From positions 6,588 through 49,204 of the forward strand of contig MNHO01000002.1 of assembly GCA_001919285.1 (NCBI GenBank): DNA of 42,617 nt, read 5' to 3'. Under the pieces are notes generated by a model that was given only the letters and a program-made list of their open reading frames with translations, was not told the origin of the DNA and made no database searches. The position numbers were made by a program, and so were the translations under genes. Shown in pieces: positions 1 to 9,514 of the stretch; positions within the stretch are counted from its first letter, which is position 1, and the number at the start of each line of letters is the position of its first letter. Origin of the DNA: an archaeon 13_1_40CM_2_52_13. GTDB taxonomy: Archaea > Thermoproteota > Bathyarchaeia > 40CM-2-53-6.

Positions 1-3000
1 TCGCCTGGCGACATCGTGACAGTCAACTCGGCGCTCGCGGCAGGCACGATTACTCCTTCCGCGCCTACGATCGACAGCGGACAATCGGTCACTTTAGCCG
101 CCAGCCCATCAGGTGGAACCGCACCCTACTCTTACCAATGGTACTCCGATGCTAGCTGTACCAGTTCCATCAGTGGGGCGACTGGCTCAACCATCTTCGT
201 CTTACCCGGCGCGACTACAACTTACGCATACAGGCTGAGCGATGCATCGCGCGGCACTCCAGCGAGCTCGCAATGTTCGGCGGCCGACACTGTCACAGTC
301 AATTCTGCTCTCGTGGTAAACCCAATCACTCCATCAAATCCGACCATCGATAATGGCCAATCCATCACTTTGACATCCCATGCTTCGAGTGGCACTGCCC
401 CCATTTCGTATCAATGGTATTCTGATGGGATATGCGGAATATCCATGACTGGAGCAACTTCATCAACCTACATCACATCCCCAACATCAACGACTACCTA
501 CTCGTACAAGGCAACAGACTCTGCATTCTCGCCCGTAACAATGTGCTCAGTCGGAGATACAGTAATCGTCGCGCCTGCACTAGCAGCTGGAGTGATAACA
601 CCTGGTACTCCGTCCATTGACAATGGTCAAAGCATCACTCTGACAGCGCATCCATCAGGTGGAGCCCCGCCATACACTTACCAATGGCATTCGGGCACAA
701 GTGCCACGTGCTCATCCGATACGACTCAGCTTGGAACCGCCGGGACTCAAATAGTCTTCCCGACCGCGAGCACATATTATTGCTACACAGTCACGGACGC
801 GACCTCCTCGGCGCAGTCATCCCCGACAGATCAGGTATCGGTCAATGCCAATCTGGTAGCGGGGACCGTCACACCGCCAGCTCCTGCTATCGACAGTGGG
901 CAGTCGATCACCTTGACGGCGAATCCCTCAGGCGGGACCGCTCCGTATCATTATCAGTGGTACTCGAGCACGAACCCGGCATGTCCTTCGGGCACACCTT
1001 TGGCCGCAACAGCTACCCTCTCTGGAACTCCCGCAACCAGCACTTACTATTGCTATACGGTAACCGATAGTTCGACCGGTACCCCGGCCGTGAGTGTAAC
1101 TTCTGCCGCCTTCCTAGTCACCGTGAACCCGGCTCTCGCGGCAGGCCCAATCACACCATCAAGTCCTAGTATCGATACCGGTCAATCGATCATTCTGACT
1201 GCCAATCCAACAGGTGGTACGACACCTTACCAATACCAGTGGTATTCAGGGCTGAATGCTAGCTGCTCTTCGGATAATACACCGATGGGCACTGCTTCGA
1301 CCCAGGCAGTAACTCCCACGTCGTTGATGTACTATTGCTACCGAGTAACCGACAGTTCGATTGGCGCGCCGACAGCCAGCGCGACATCGGTGACAAACCT
1401 TGTCGCTGTGAGCCCCCAGCTAGTTGCTGGCGCGATCACTCCGTCCTCTCCATCAATCGATAACGGTCAATCAGTCGTATTAACCGCCAAACCTTCGGGC
1501 GGAGTTGGACCCTATTCTTACCAGTGGTACTCAGATGGAACATGCACGACATCAATTCCATCAGCGGCTTCGTCAACATACACCGCATCGCCCGCGTCTA
1601 CTACCCCTTACACCTACAAAGTAACGGATTCTGCCTATTCTCCAGCCTCAGTCTGCTCGCCCAGTAACACGGTTATTGTCAACCCAGTTCTGATCGCTGG
1701 ACAAGTCTCACCATCCAATCCTACGATTGACGCGGGTCAGTCGATTGCATTTACTTCTCATGCGTCTGGGGGTACACCGTCATTATCATATCAGTGGTAC
1801 TCGGATGGAACATGTAGCGCGTCCATTCCAGGCGCGACTCTTCCAACATACACTGCAATGCCAACTGCAACTGCTACCTACTCATACAAGGTGACAGACT
1901 CCGCTTTCGCACCCACATCGCAGTGCTCAGTCGGGGATACAGTGATAATTGTTCCTGGATTGGTCGCAGGTGCCATCACACCTTCGACACCATCAATTGA
2001 CATTGGTCAGAGCATTAGGCTGACAGCAAATCCATCAGGCGGAGCCATGCCCTACTCCTACCAGTGGTACTCGGATGGCACATGCATTACTGCAGTCCAG
2101 TCCGCAACTTTGTCAACGTACAATGCTGCCCCCACTGCGACCGTCACATACTCCTACAGAGTGTCAGACTCAGCGAATTCTCCGGCGTCGCAATGTTCAG
2201 TCGGTAACACCATTACCGTCAGCTCAACGCTTGTGGGAGGCGCACCAAGCCCATCCTCCCCGACAATCGACGCCGGCCAAAGTATCCTGCTGACATCCCA
2301 CGCGTCCGGCGGCACGTCCCCCTTCTCCTACCAATGGTATTCAGACGGCTCCTGCATTACACTCATACCCGGCGCTACTTCGTCCACCTACACAGCCTCG
2401 CCCACATCAGCGGCCAGTTATTCATACAAAGTGACTGATTCCGCCTATTCTGCATTTTCAGTCTGTTCGCCTGGTAACTCCGTTGTCGTCAATCCCGGGC
2501 TTGTGGCGGGTTCCATCACTCCGTCTTCTCCTGCCATCGACAGTGCTCAGTCGATTACTCTCACAACACACGCGAGTGGTGGTACACCTCTTCTGTCCTA
2601 TCAGTGGTACTCGGATGGCACATGCACTTCGCCAATCCCGGCGGCTACATCGTCAACCTATTCAGTCTCACTCTCTTCAACAACTACCTTCTCGTACAGA
2701 ACGACTGATATGTCCCAGGGCAGTCAGCCAGGAAGTGCCTGCTCACCCGGGGACACGATCACCGTAAACCCTCTATTGATCGCAGGGCCGATTACACCTT
2801 CAGGTCAGATAATCAATAATGGACAGCTGATCACCTTGACATCCGCACCTTCCGGCGGAACGACACCATATTCGTATCAGTGGTATTCGTCATCTGGCTG
2901 CCCCGGCGGAAGCCTGATCACCGGCTCAACATCATCGACCCTAGTCGCATCCCCATCTTCCACCACGACCTATTCCTACAAAGTAACAGACTCGTCCTAT

Positions 3001-4938
3001 TCTCCGGCTTTTCAGTGCTCATCAGGGGACACGGTCAGGGTGAATCCCACACTTGCCGCGAGAGCGATTACACCAACCAACCCCACCATTGACGCAGGCC
3101 AGCAGATCGTTTTGACAAGCCAAGCTTCAGGAGGAACGCAACCATTTTCCTACCAGTGGTACTCCGACGCCAGCTGCCAGACAGGCATAACCGGTGCGAA
3201 CCAGCAGACCTACCTGGTCTCGCCCAGCGCCACTTCTTCCTACTCGTACAAGGTAACTGATTCTGCAAATCCTCCCGTCTCAGAATGTTCACCCGGCAAC
3301 ACGATAACCGTCAACACGCAATTGGCGTCCGGGTCGGCTACTCCTAGTTCCCCTGCAATCAATAACGGGCAGTCGATTACATTGACGGCAAATCCCTTTG
3401 GAGGAACAGCGCCCTACCATTACCTCTGGTATTCATCAACGAGCTTAGCCTGTCCCGCGGGTGCCTCGCTTGGAACATCCGGCACTCTGCTGGTGACGCC
3501 AACGACGAACACATACTACTGCTACACAGTGACCGATTCCTCAACAGGTAATCCTCCCGCCACTGCGACCTCCGGGATCGATCTAGTAAGTGTCAACACG
3601 GCGCTTACTGTGAGCGCAGCCACCGCCACTCCACCTACCATAGACTTTGCTCAGTCGGCAACTCTTTCCGCAGCGTTTAGCGGTGGTACCGCGACCTACG
3701 TATGCCAGTGGCTCCAGAAAGCCCCAGGCGCCAGCAGCTACACAAGCTTAGGAAGCTCCTCTGCATGTACATCGCCGTCATCCATTTCAACGGGGACCCT
3801 CACGACCGTCGGGTCTTGGTCCTTCGAGCTTCAGGTCACGGATAGCTCAAGTTCACCCGTCACTGTCACATCCGCTGCAGGCAGCGTTTCTGTAAATGGT
3901 GTTCTATCATCGGCCACGATCTCAGTCAGCGCTATCTCCACAGATCTTGGTCAGTCGTCAAGTCTTGCTACTACAGCCTCCTTTAGCGGGGGTACATCCC
4001 CGTACGTTTGTCAGTGGCTTGCAAAGGCTCCAGGAGCGGCGAGCTACAGCAACCTTGGAGGTTCGTTCTCCTGCAGTGTGGGAGACAAGCCTACTGCTCC
4101 AACCGGGGTCCTGTCGACTGCTGGCCAGTGGTCCTTCGAGCTGAAGGTGACAGATAACGGTTCACCCTCTCAAACCGTCGCTTCCAACGTGGGTCTTACC
4201 GTCAAGAAGGCAACTCCGAGTGTGACTACAACCCTTTCATCCGCTAGTATTACTGCGAATGGCAGTCTTACGGACTCGGCTGTTCTGACAGGCGGCTACC
4301 AGGCGGGCGGGAGTCTAACCTACGAGTTCTTCTTGGGCCCGACCTGTACGGGAACCCCGACGATTGTAGGTTCACCAGTTGCAGTTACGAATGGCTCCGT
4401 CCCGAACTCAGCCTCTCAAAAATTCAGCTCATCAGGGAGCTACAGCTGGACTGCGAGCTACAGCGGCGACAACAACAATAATCCTGCCTTGGGCAACTGT
4501 CAAACGCTAACAGTTGTCACCCCGCCAACATTGTCTGTACCCGGAGCCCAGAGTGTGAGCGCTGGCTCGACCATCCGTTTCATCGTCAACGCTACGGGGG
4601 CTGGAGGATGCAATGGTGTGACTCTAGTATCATCCAGTACCTTACCGGCGGGCGCGACTTTCGGTTCAACCCGGTGTTTCGCCGCGTCCGCGTCCTCAGT
4701 CTTTCTGTGGACGCCCACAGACTCTCAGGCTCCAGGCGATTACATCGTTACTTTCACTGCAACTGACGCCAATCACGCTATGACCAGTTCCCAGGTGACG
4801 ATTCACGTATCCCCGCTGACCAGGGCTGCTCCTCTCCCGATCGTGTCCTATTCAGTCTTTGGCATAGCGGGATTCTCTGCAGTTGTTGTCGTGGCCCTGG
4901 TTCTCAGAAGAGTTCAGACTACCAGAAGAAAGCCCTAG
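1..4938 (+). CDS. Giant membrane-anchored surface protein with tandem Cys-paired Ig-like repeats (adhesin/S-layer-associated-like); 5'-partial
   Basis: The frame is open from base 1 (S-P-G-D-I-V-T-V-N, the end of a repeat), so GTG16 is not the true start. About 15 Ser/Thr-rich repeats of about 90 aa are followed by two different beta domains, a TM helix (IVSYSVFGIAGFSAVVVVALVL) and a basic tail (RRVQTTRRKP). Confidence 0.9.
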   Translation, partial: SPGDIVTVNSALAAGTITPSAPTIDSGQSVTLAASPSGGTAPYSYQWYSDASCTSSISGATGSTIFVLPGATTTYAYRLSDASRGTPASSQCSAADTVTVNSALVVNPITPSNPTIDNGQSITLTSHASSGTAPISYQWYSDGICGISMTGATSSTYITSPTSTTTYSYKATDSAFSPVTMCSVGDTVIVAPALAAGVITPGTPSIDNGQSITLTAHPSGGAPPYTYQWHSGTSATCSSDTTQLGTAGTQIVFPTASTYYCYTVTDATSSAQSSPTDQVSVNANLVAGTVTPPAPAIDSGQSITLTANPSGGTAPYHYQWYSSTNPACPSGTPLAATATLSGTPATSTYYCYTVTDSSTGTPAVSVTSAAFLVTVNPALAAGPITPSSPSIDTGQSIILTANPTGGTTPYQYQWYSGLNASCSSDNTPMGTASTQAVTPTSLMYYCYRVTDSSIGAPTASATSVTNLVAVSPQLVAGAITPSSPSIDNGQSVVLTAKPSGGVGPYSYQWYSDGTCTTSIPSAASSTYTASPASTTPYTYKVTDSAYSPASVCSPSNTVIVNPVLIAGQVSPSNPTIDAGQSIAFTSHASGGTPSLSYQWYSDGTCSASIPGATLPTYTAMPTATATYSYKVTDSAFAPTSQCSVGDTVIIVPGLVAGAITPSTPSIDIGQSIRLTANPSGGAMPYSYQWYSDGTCITAVQSATLSTYNAAPTATVTYSYRVSDSANSPASQCSVGNTITVSSTLVGGAPSPSSPTIDAGQSILLTSHASGGTSPFSYQWYSDGSCITLIPGATSSTYTASPTSAASYSYKVTDSAYSAFSVCSPGNSVVVNPGLVAGSITPSSPAIDSAQSITLTTHASGGTPLLSYQWYSDGTCTSPIPAATSSTYSVSLSSTTTFSYRTTDMSQGSQPGSACSPGDTITVNPLLIAGPITPSGQIINNGQLITLTSAPSGGTTPYSYQWYSSSGCPGGSLITGSTSSTLVASPSSTTTYSYKVTDSSYSPAFQCSSGDTVRVNPTLAARAITPTNPTIDAGQQIVLTSQASGGTQPFSYQWYSDASCQTGITGANQQTYLVSPSATSSYSYKVTDSANPPVSECSPGNTITVNTQLASGSATPSSPAINNGQSITLTANPFGGTAPYHYLWYSSTSLACPAGASLGTSGTLLVTPTTNTYYCYTVTDSSTGNPPATATSGIDLVSVNTALTVSAATATPPTIDFAQSATLSAAFSGGTATYVCQWLQKAPGASSYTSLGSSSACTSPSSISTGTLTTVGSWSFELQVTDSSSSPVTVTSAAGSVSVNGVLSSATISVSAISTDLGQSSSLATTASFSGGTSPYVCQWLAKAPGAASYSNLGGSFSCSVGDKPTAPTGVLSTAGQWSFELKVTDNGSPSQTVASNVGLTVKKATPSVTTTLSSASITANGSLTDSAVLTGGYQAGGSLTYEFFLGPTCTGTPTIVGSPVAVTNGSVPNSASQKFSSSGSYSWTASYSGDNNNNPALGNCQTLTVVTPPTLSVPGAQSVSAGSTIRFIVNATGAGGCNGVTLVSSSTLPAGATFGSTRCFAASASSVFLWTPTDSQAPGDYIVTFTATDANHAMTSSQVTIHVSPLTRAAPLPIVSYSVFGIAGFSAVVVVALVLRRVQTTRRKP
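16..4200 (+). repeat. Intragenic tandem repeat, about 15 units of about 270 bp (90 aa)
   Basis: Consensus GxITPSxPxIDxGQSITLTxxxSGGTxPYxYQWYS...VTDS. The QW codons recur exactly 270 bp apart at 1522, 1792, 2062, 2332 and 2602. The 25-mer cagtggtactcggatggcacatgca is identical at 2062-2086 and 2602-2626. Confidence 0.92.
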
Positions 4939-4984
4939 CCGTTCGAGAAACTTCTCTGCTGGGATTAGTCGTCTTAGTCGCTTG

Positions 4985-7900
4985 CTAGTTGTCCTCGTAG
5001 TTATGAGTTGGATTCCGATAGAGTGGGACGATTCTTACATTCTCAGAATGAGTCTTGGCCATGTGGTCATGTCGAACGCCGATGGGGTTGTGATGTCTTC
5101 TTTTTCGTGCACCCGCGAGCTCAGCGTGCGCTCTGATGTTTAGGACGACAATTGATGATATTACTCCTATCAACCCACCGATGATGAATAGCCACATCGT
5201 GGCGGAGAATCCCCTCGGGAGAATGCAGTTAAGACAGAATCCTCCTGAAGGAGAATTCGAACTATTCGCGACCTGTATTGCTACAGATTTATTGCCCGAC
5301 GCCGCGGGGTTGCTTGGATCAGTCGCGGTGAAGTTTACGACAAACGTCTGCCCAGCTTGGCTCTGACTCGGGGTGAAGGAGAAGGTTCCCGATGCTGTGT
5401 CGAAAGCCATGTTGGAAGCCAACCCTGTAGCCTTGACGTTCACGACCGCAGTGGGGGCAAGTGGGTTCCTAGCATAGACGATGAAACTAAGAGCTGCGCC
5501 GACTGTGGCTGACTGATTCCCGGGCGCGGTAAGAGTAAGAGATTGGGCTGGTTGGATGACAGTTATGAACACGAAGCCCTGAACGGGAGTCACACCGTCC
5601 GTGACAATGAAGCTGACTGTGAAGGTTCCAGTTTGCGCTTGAGTGGGTGTCCATGTGAAAGTTCCGCTCGGCGCAGTTCCTGCCGCGGCTGAGAACGAGG
5701 CGCCTGTAGGAAGCTGGGAGCCGGAGATGGTTAGAACAGGAGCGGGTATAGATGTGTCAGATGCGCTAACCGTAAAGGTGAGGGTCGCAAGCGCGGTAAC
5801 GGTCTCGGTTGAGGGAAGGTTCAGTGTCGGTGGCACATGAGTTCCGAGGAAGTTGAAAGTCGCGGTCGCGGTATGAATCAACCCTCCACTAGTTCCGGTT
5901 ATTGTTAGCGAGTAGGTAGCCGGAATCTGGGAGCTGCAAGAGACCGTTGCCGTGCCATTACTTGTGAAGGACGTCTTTGTGATTGAGTTACAACTTAGCC
6001 CAGAGGGAACGGACGCGGTTAGTATCAGCGTGCTCGTAAACCCATGTATGAGGCTAACGGTTATGGTGGACGTGGCGGAGGAGCCAACGTTGACAGCTGA
6101 AGGTGAGGACGCTACTATTGTGAAATCTGGAGGAATCCCAAAGGTGAACGAAGCTGTCGTCGTATGAGTCAGTGCACCATTCACTGCGGTAATCGTCACA
6201 GTGTAGACGTTCTGGCTTGTTGAGCTACAGGAAAGGGTCGCACTTCCTGAGCCTATGACAGTACCAACACTCAGAGAGCCGCAGGTTAGTCCTGAGGGTA
6301 CCGTGTCGGTAATCGTGATCGTTCCTCCGAACCCGTTTATCGCAGTCAGTGAAATTGTGGAGACTGATGAGGATCCTGGAGCGACCGCCGATGGTGAAGT
6401 AGCGCTGACTCGAAAGTCTCTGAAGTTGAAGGTGGCAATTGTGATGTGAACTAACGCTCCGTTGGTTCCGATTATTGTGAGGAGGTATGTTCCCGCAACG
6501 TTGGAGCTGCATGAGATTGTCGCGCCGCCGGAGCCGCTAATGGTGGTGGGGCTAATCGAGCCACACGTCAATCCCGAGGGTGGGGTGTCTGTAAGGGTGA
6601 CTATCCCGGTGAACCCGTTCTGGGCTGCTGTGGTGATTGTTGAGGTTGCGGATTGGCCCGCGTTTGTTCCTGCCGGACTAGTTCCAGTCAGCGTAAAGTC
6701 CGGTGCAGGGGGACCTAGGCTCAAGAATCTTAGTAGGCAGCCCCATCCGGGTGGGTTGCTGGCGCACTGCATTGCCCCGTATATTCCCGCGTTTGGTGTG
6801 TCCGTCCAGCTTCCCGCTGGCCACCAGATCCAGTTGATTCTCTGAGGCGTATTACTGTCATAGAGGTTGGTTAGGGCTTGTATGAAGTGGAATGTTGTCG
6901 TTGTATATCCTGCGCTTCCCGTTAGGATCTTGTCCGGCGCACAACTCGTGCACAAGGGATCTGGTCCTCCTTCAGTGTTCAGCGCTGGCCATCCTGAGGC
7001 GGTCATGCCTGCGACAACGGCTTGGTAGTATTGTTGGGCCATCGAGTCCGCGGTGGCATTATTCCAGTTGCTGGAGGAGTAGCCCATGTAGCTGTGGAGG
7101 CTGATGAATATCTTTCCTGTAGGGGACTTGCCTAGCGGGTCTGTGACGCTTGGGAATCCGCCTGCCCAGTTGCTCAGTGAGCAGCCGTAGCTGCAGATGT
7201 TCTGGACAACGATCCAGTGAGTATCGCCTTGAGCTCTTGCCTGGTTGATCCATAGCTGATACTCTTGAGATAGGGTGGTAACGCACGCTGAAGCTCCTGA
7301 GCACATGTTGTTGTTTGTGCTGTATCCTGCGCAGGCGGAAGTACTGTAGCATGGCTCGTTGATGGGTTCCCAGATTATCTGGGAGTAGCTGTTCTTGAAC
7401 TGATTAGTGACTCCAGACCAGAAGTTTAGCCAGCATGTGGCTGTAGAAGAGTTGAACACGTCTGAGTATCCGTGGTAGTCGACGATTATCCAGAAACTGA
7501 AGTGTTGCGCGATCGTGATTGCACGTTGAAGATTCGTTGCGCTGTAGGCGCTCATGTATTGTGAGCCGGTGCATGAAGGATCAAAATCAACTCTCACCGT
7601 GTTGTATCCCATAGCTTTCAACTCGATGAGGAGGAGCTCCATGTTCGTCGCGGACTCTCCTGGGAACACCACGGATGGTGTTGATGTTGGCGGTTGCTGA
7701 ACGCCTCCTCCTACAGCGGCTTCGTCTAGTCTGATTCCGCCCCATCCTATCAGGACTGGGACGGAGGTTGTTCCGGCGCTGGGTAGTACGCTGAGTGTTT
7801 GAGAAGTCGTGGAGGTCTTGCCTGCATTGTCAGTGACGGTTAGTGAGATGGTGTACGTCCCGTTCGTGAATGACTGGGATACGGGATTTCCTGTTTTGCT

Positions 7901-9514
7901 TGTTCCTCCGAGGTTCCAGCTGTAACTGTATGGGCTGGTTCCACCGTTTGCAGTCGCAGTGAAGGTTACTGATTGACCCGAAATCGGAAAAACCGGACTG
8001 GTAGTGAAGGTTGCGGTCAACGCGCCAGGAGGAGAAATCGTGATGGTTTGTAATGTTTGGACGCGGGTCAGTGCTGTGTCCGTCACGTTCAGTGAGACTG
8101 TGAAGGTGCCTGACGTGCTAAATGTGTCTGAGGGGTTCTGACTAGTGCTGGAGCTTCCGTCCCCGAATTTCCAGCCGTAAGTGTATGGAGATATTCCTCC
8201 GGCTGCAGAACCACTGAATGTTACGGACTGACCGGATGTAGGTTGGCTTGGGCTGAACGTGAAGCTTGCGGCGAGGGCTGGCACAGGGGAGACTTTGACA
8301 TTCTGAGTTGATTTGGCTGACCCAGCAATTGAGTCTGTCACGGTAAGCGTGACCGTGTAGTTCCCTGTCGTACTGTAGGTATGACTAGTGGTTAGGCCGG
8401 TGCTGGTAGCACCATCACCAAACGACCACGAGTAAGTGTAGGGAGCGGTGCCCCCAGTCCCAACCGCCGTAAAGCTGACGAGAGTGGAGGCGATCGGGGT
8501 TGTTGGTAGATAGGTGAAGCTTGCTGAGAGCGGTGGAGGAACTATCGATCCGAAGATGTCGGACATTGACGAGTCTCCAGAGACTACGCTCGTGATGTAT
8601 GGTAGTCCCCAGTTCGCCTCGATAGTGTGAAGACTGTTGTACTCCGTATAGCCGCCCGTGGATGTGTATCCGACTCTGATCATGCTACCGTATTCGACGT
8701 TCGGGCTGGGATCATATTCGTCCCACCATAGGTAGAGAAAAGTTCCAGGAGTCTTGAGCAAGCTGCTTCCAAGAACTGAAGTCGCGGATGGACCGCTTAG
8801 TGTACCAGTTCCGACGAGCAGGGTCTGTAAGTAAGCATCACCGGTCGACACTGAGTTATCATGCATATTGTGAGAATCGGTCGGTGTGAACCAGATGTAG
8901 TTGGCTGGAGCGGCCGAGTTGAGATAGTTGATGAAGGCTGTGTTCCCTCCTGAGCTTGAGGATCCGTAGAGGGTCAGGCCCGATGGAGTTGACTGGCCCG
9001 TGCAGGTGAAAGCGCCTGTGACACATGTGTTCCATGTGCTTGTCTCGCCTATCCATGGAAAGTGGTCGGCTCCTCTTGGACATCCATCTTCACAGAAGGC
9101 TGCTGAGGTCAATCCGGCAGTAGTAAGCTGGCCCGCAATAGTTGGATCGCTCCTGCAGGGACTTGAGGATCTCGGACACCAGCTGTCACCGACTGTCTGA
9201 AGCCCGGTTACAAAAGCCTGGTAGCATCCTGCACTGCATCCGCCTATCCCCTGGCCGTAGCTGTGATAGTTGGATATGGTAGTGCCTAGTTTGGCGAGGC
9301 TGTTTATGAAGGGAGCAGAGTTGGATCCTATTACCGAACCATAGTTCTGGTTCTCCATTGCGATAATCACGATATGGTTGAAACTACTGCCCGTCGGAGC
9401 GGCAGATGCCGTTGCGGGCAAGGAGAGAAGTATGATACCCACTGAGAGGGCCACAAAGAGCCCTGCGAGTGCTTTTCGATCTAATTCTTGAATTACTCTC
9501 ACTTCTTTTTTCAA
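4985..9514 (-). CDS. Membrane-anchored multidomain surface protein: phosphoesterase (acid phosphatase-like) + 3 PKD + GH5-like glycoside hydrolase + Ig-like domains + C-terminal TM
   Basis: Signal peptide. Phosphoesterase motifs FNHIVIIAMENQNY, FTPTDSHNMHD, WWDE and YNSLHTIEANWGL. PKD motifs YSWSFGDG and YGWKFGDG. GH5-like GYNTVRV, VDYHGY, WEPINEP (acid/base), SLHSY and NTEGG (nucleophile). TM MWLFIIGGLIGVISSIVVL. Confidence 0.85.
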   Translation of the reverse strand: MKKEVRVIQELDRKALAGLFVALSVGIILLSLPATASAAPTGSSFNHIVIIAMENQNYGSVIGSNSAPFINSLAKLGTTISNYHSYGQGIGGCSAGCYQAFVTGLQTVGDSWCPRSSSPCRSDPTIAGQLTTAGLTSAAFCEDGCPRGADHFPWIGETSTWNTCVTGAFTCTGQSTPSGLTLYGSSSSGGNTAFINYLNSAAPANYIWFTPTDSHNMHDNSVSTGDAYLQTLLVGTGTLSGPSATSVLGSSLLKTPGTFLYLWWDEYDPSPNVEYGSMIRVGYTSTGGYTEYNSLHTIEANWGLPYITSVVSGDSSMSDIFGSIVPPPLSASFTYLPTTPIASTLVSFTAVGTGGTAPYTYSWSFGDGATSTGLTTSHTYSTTGNYTVTLTVTDSIAGSAKSTQNVKVSPVPALAASFTFSPSQPTSGQSVTFSGSAAGGISPYTYGWKFGDGSSSTSQNPSDTFSTSGTFTVSLNVTDTALTRVQTLQTITISPPGALTATFTTSPVFPISGQSVTFTATANGGTSPYSYSWNLGGTSKTGNPVSQSFTNGTYTISLTVTDNAGKTSTTSQTLSVLPSAGTTSVPVLIGWGGIRLDEAAVGGGVQQPPTSTPSVVFPGESATNMELLLIELKAMGYNTVRVDFDPSCTGSQYMSAYSATNLQRAITIAQHFSFWIIVDYHGYSDVFNSSTATCWLNFWSGVTNQFKNSYSQIIWEPINEPCYSTSACAGYSTNNNMCSGASACVTTLSQEYQLWINQARAQGDTHWIVVQNICSYGCSLSNWAGGFPSVTDPLGKSPTGKIFISLHSYMGYSSSNWNNATADSMAQQYYQAVVAGMTASGWPALNTEGGPDPLCTSCAPDKILTGSAGYTTTTFHFIQALTNLYDSNTPQRINWIWWPAGSWTDTPNAGIYGAMQCASNPPGWGCLLRFLSLGPPAPDFTLTGTSPAGTNAGQSATSTITTAAQNGFTGIVTLTDTPPSGLTCGSISPTTISGSGGATISCSSNVAGTYLLTIIGTNGALVHITIATFNFRDFRVSATSPSAVAPGSSSVSTISLTAINGFGGTITITDTVPSGLTCGSLSVGTVIGSGSATLSCSSTSQNVYTVTITAVNGALTHTTTASFTFGIPPDFTIVASSPSAVNVGSSATSTITVSLIHGFTSTLILTASVPSGLSCNSITKTSFTSNGTATVSCSSQIPATYSLTITGTSGGLIHTATATFNFLGTHVPPTLNLPSTETVTALATLTFTVSASDTSIPAPVLTISGSQLPTGASFSAAAGTAPSGTFTWTPTQAQTGTFTVSFIVTDGVTPVQGFVFITVIQPAQSLTLTAPGNQSATVGAALSFIVYARNPLAPTAVVNVKATGLASNMAFDTASGTFSFTPSQSQAGQTFVVNFTATDPSNPAASGNKSVAIQVANSSNSPSGGFCLNCILPRGFSATMWLFIIGGLIGVISSIVVLNIRAHAELAGARKRRHHNPIGVRHDHMAKTHSENVRIVPLYRNPTHNYEDN

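Noticed and set aside
16-4200. Regular repeats as a CRISPR array or diversity-generating retroelement
   Set aside because: The units are about 270-bp in-frame coding repeats with codon-level divergence. There is no short repeat-spacer pattern and no cas or reverse transcriptase gene in the window.
4939-4984. Short ttagtcg direct repeat between the convergent genes as a terminator or att site
   Set aside because: Only 7 bp twice, with no stem or T-tract; consistent with chance.
222-9200. Many short alternative-frame and antisense ORFs inside the two giant genes
   Set aside because: They are shadows of biased Ser/Thr/Pro/Gly codon usage and have no recognisable motifs.
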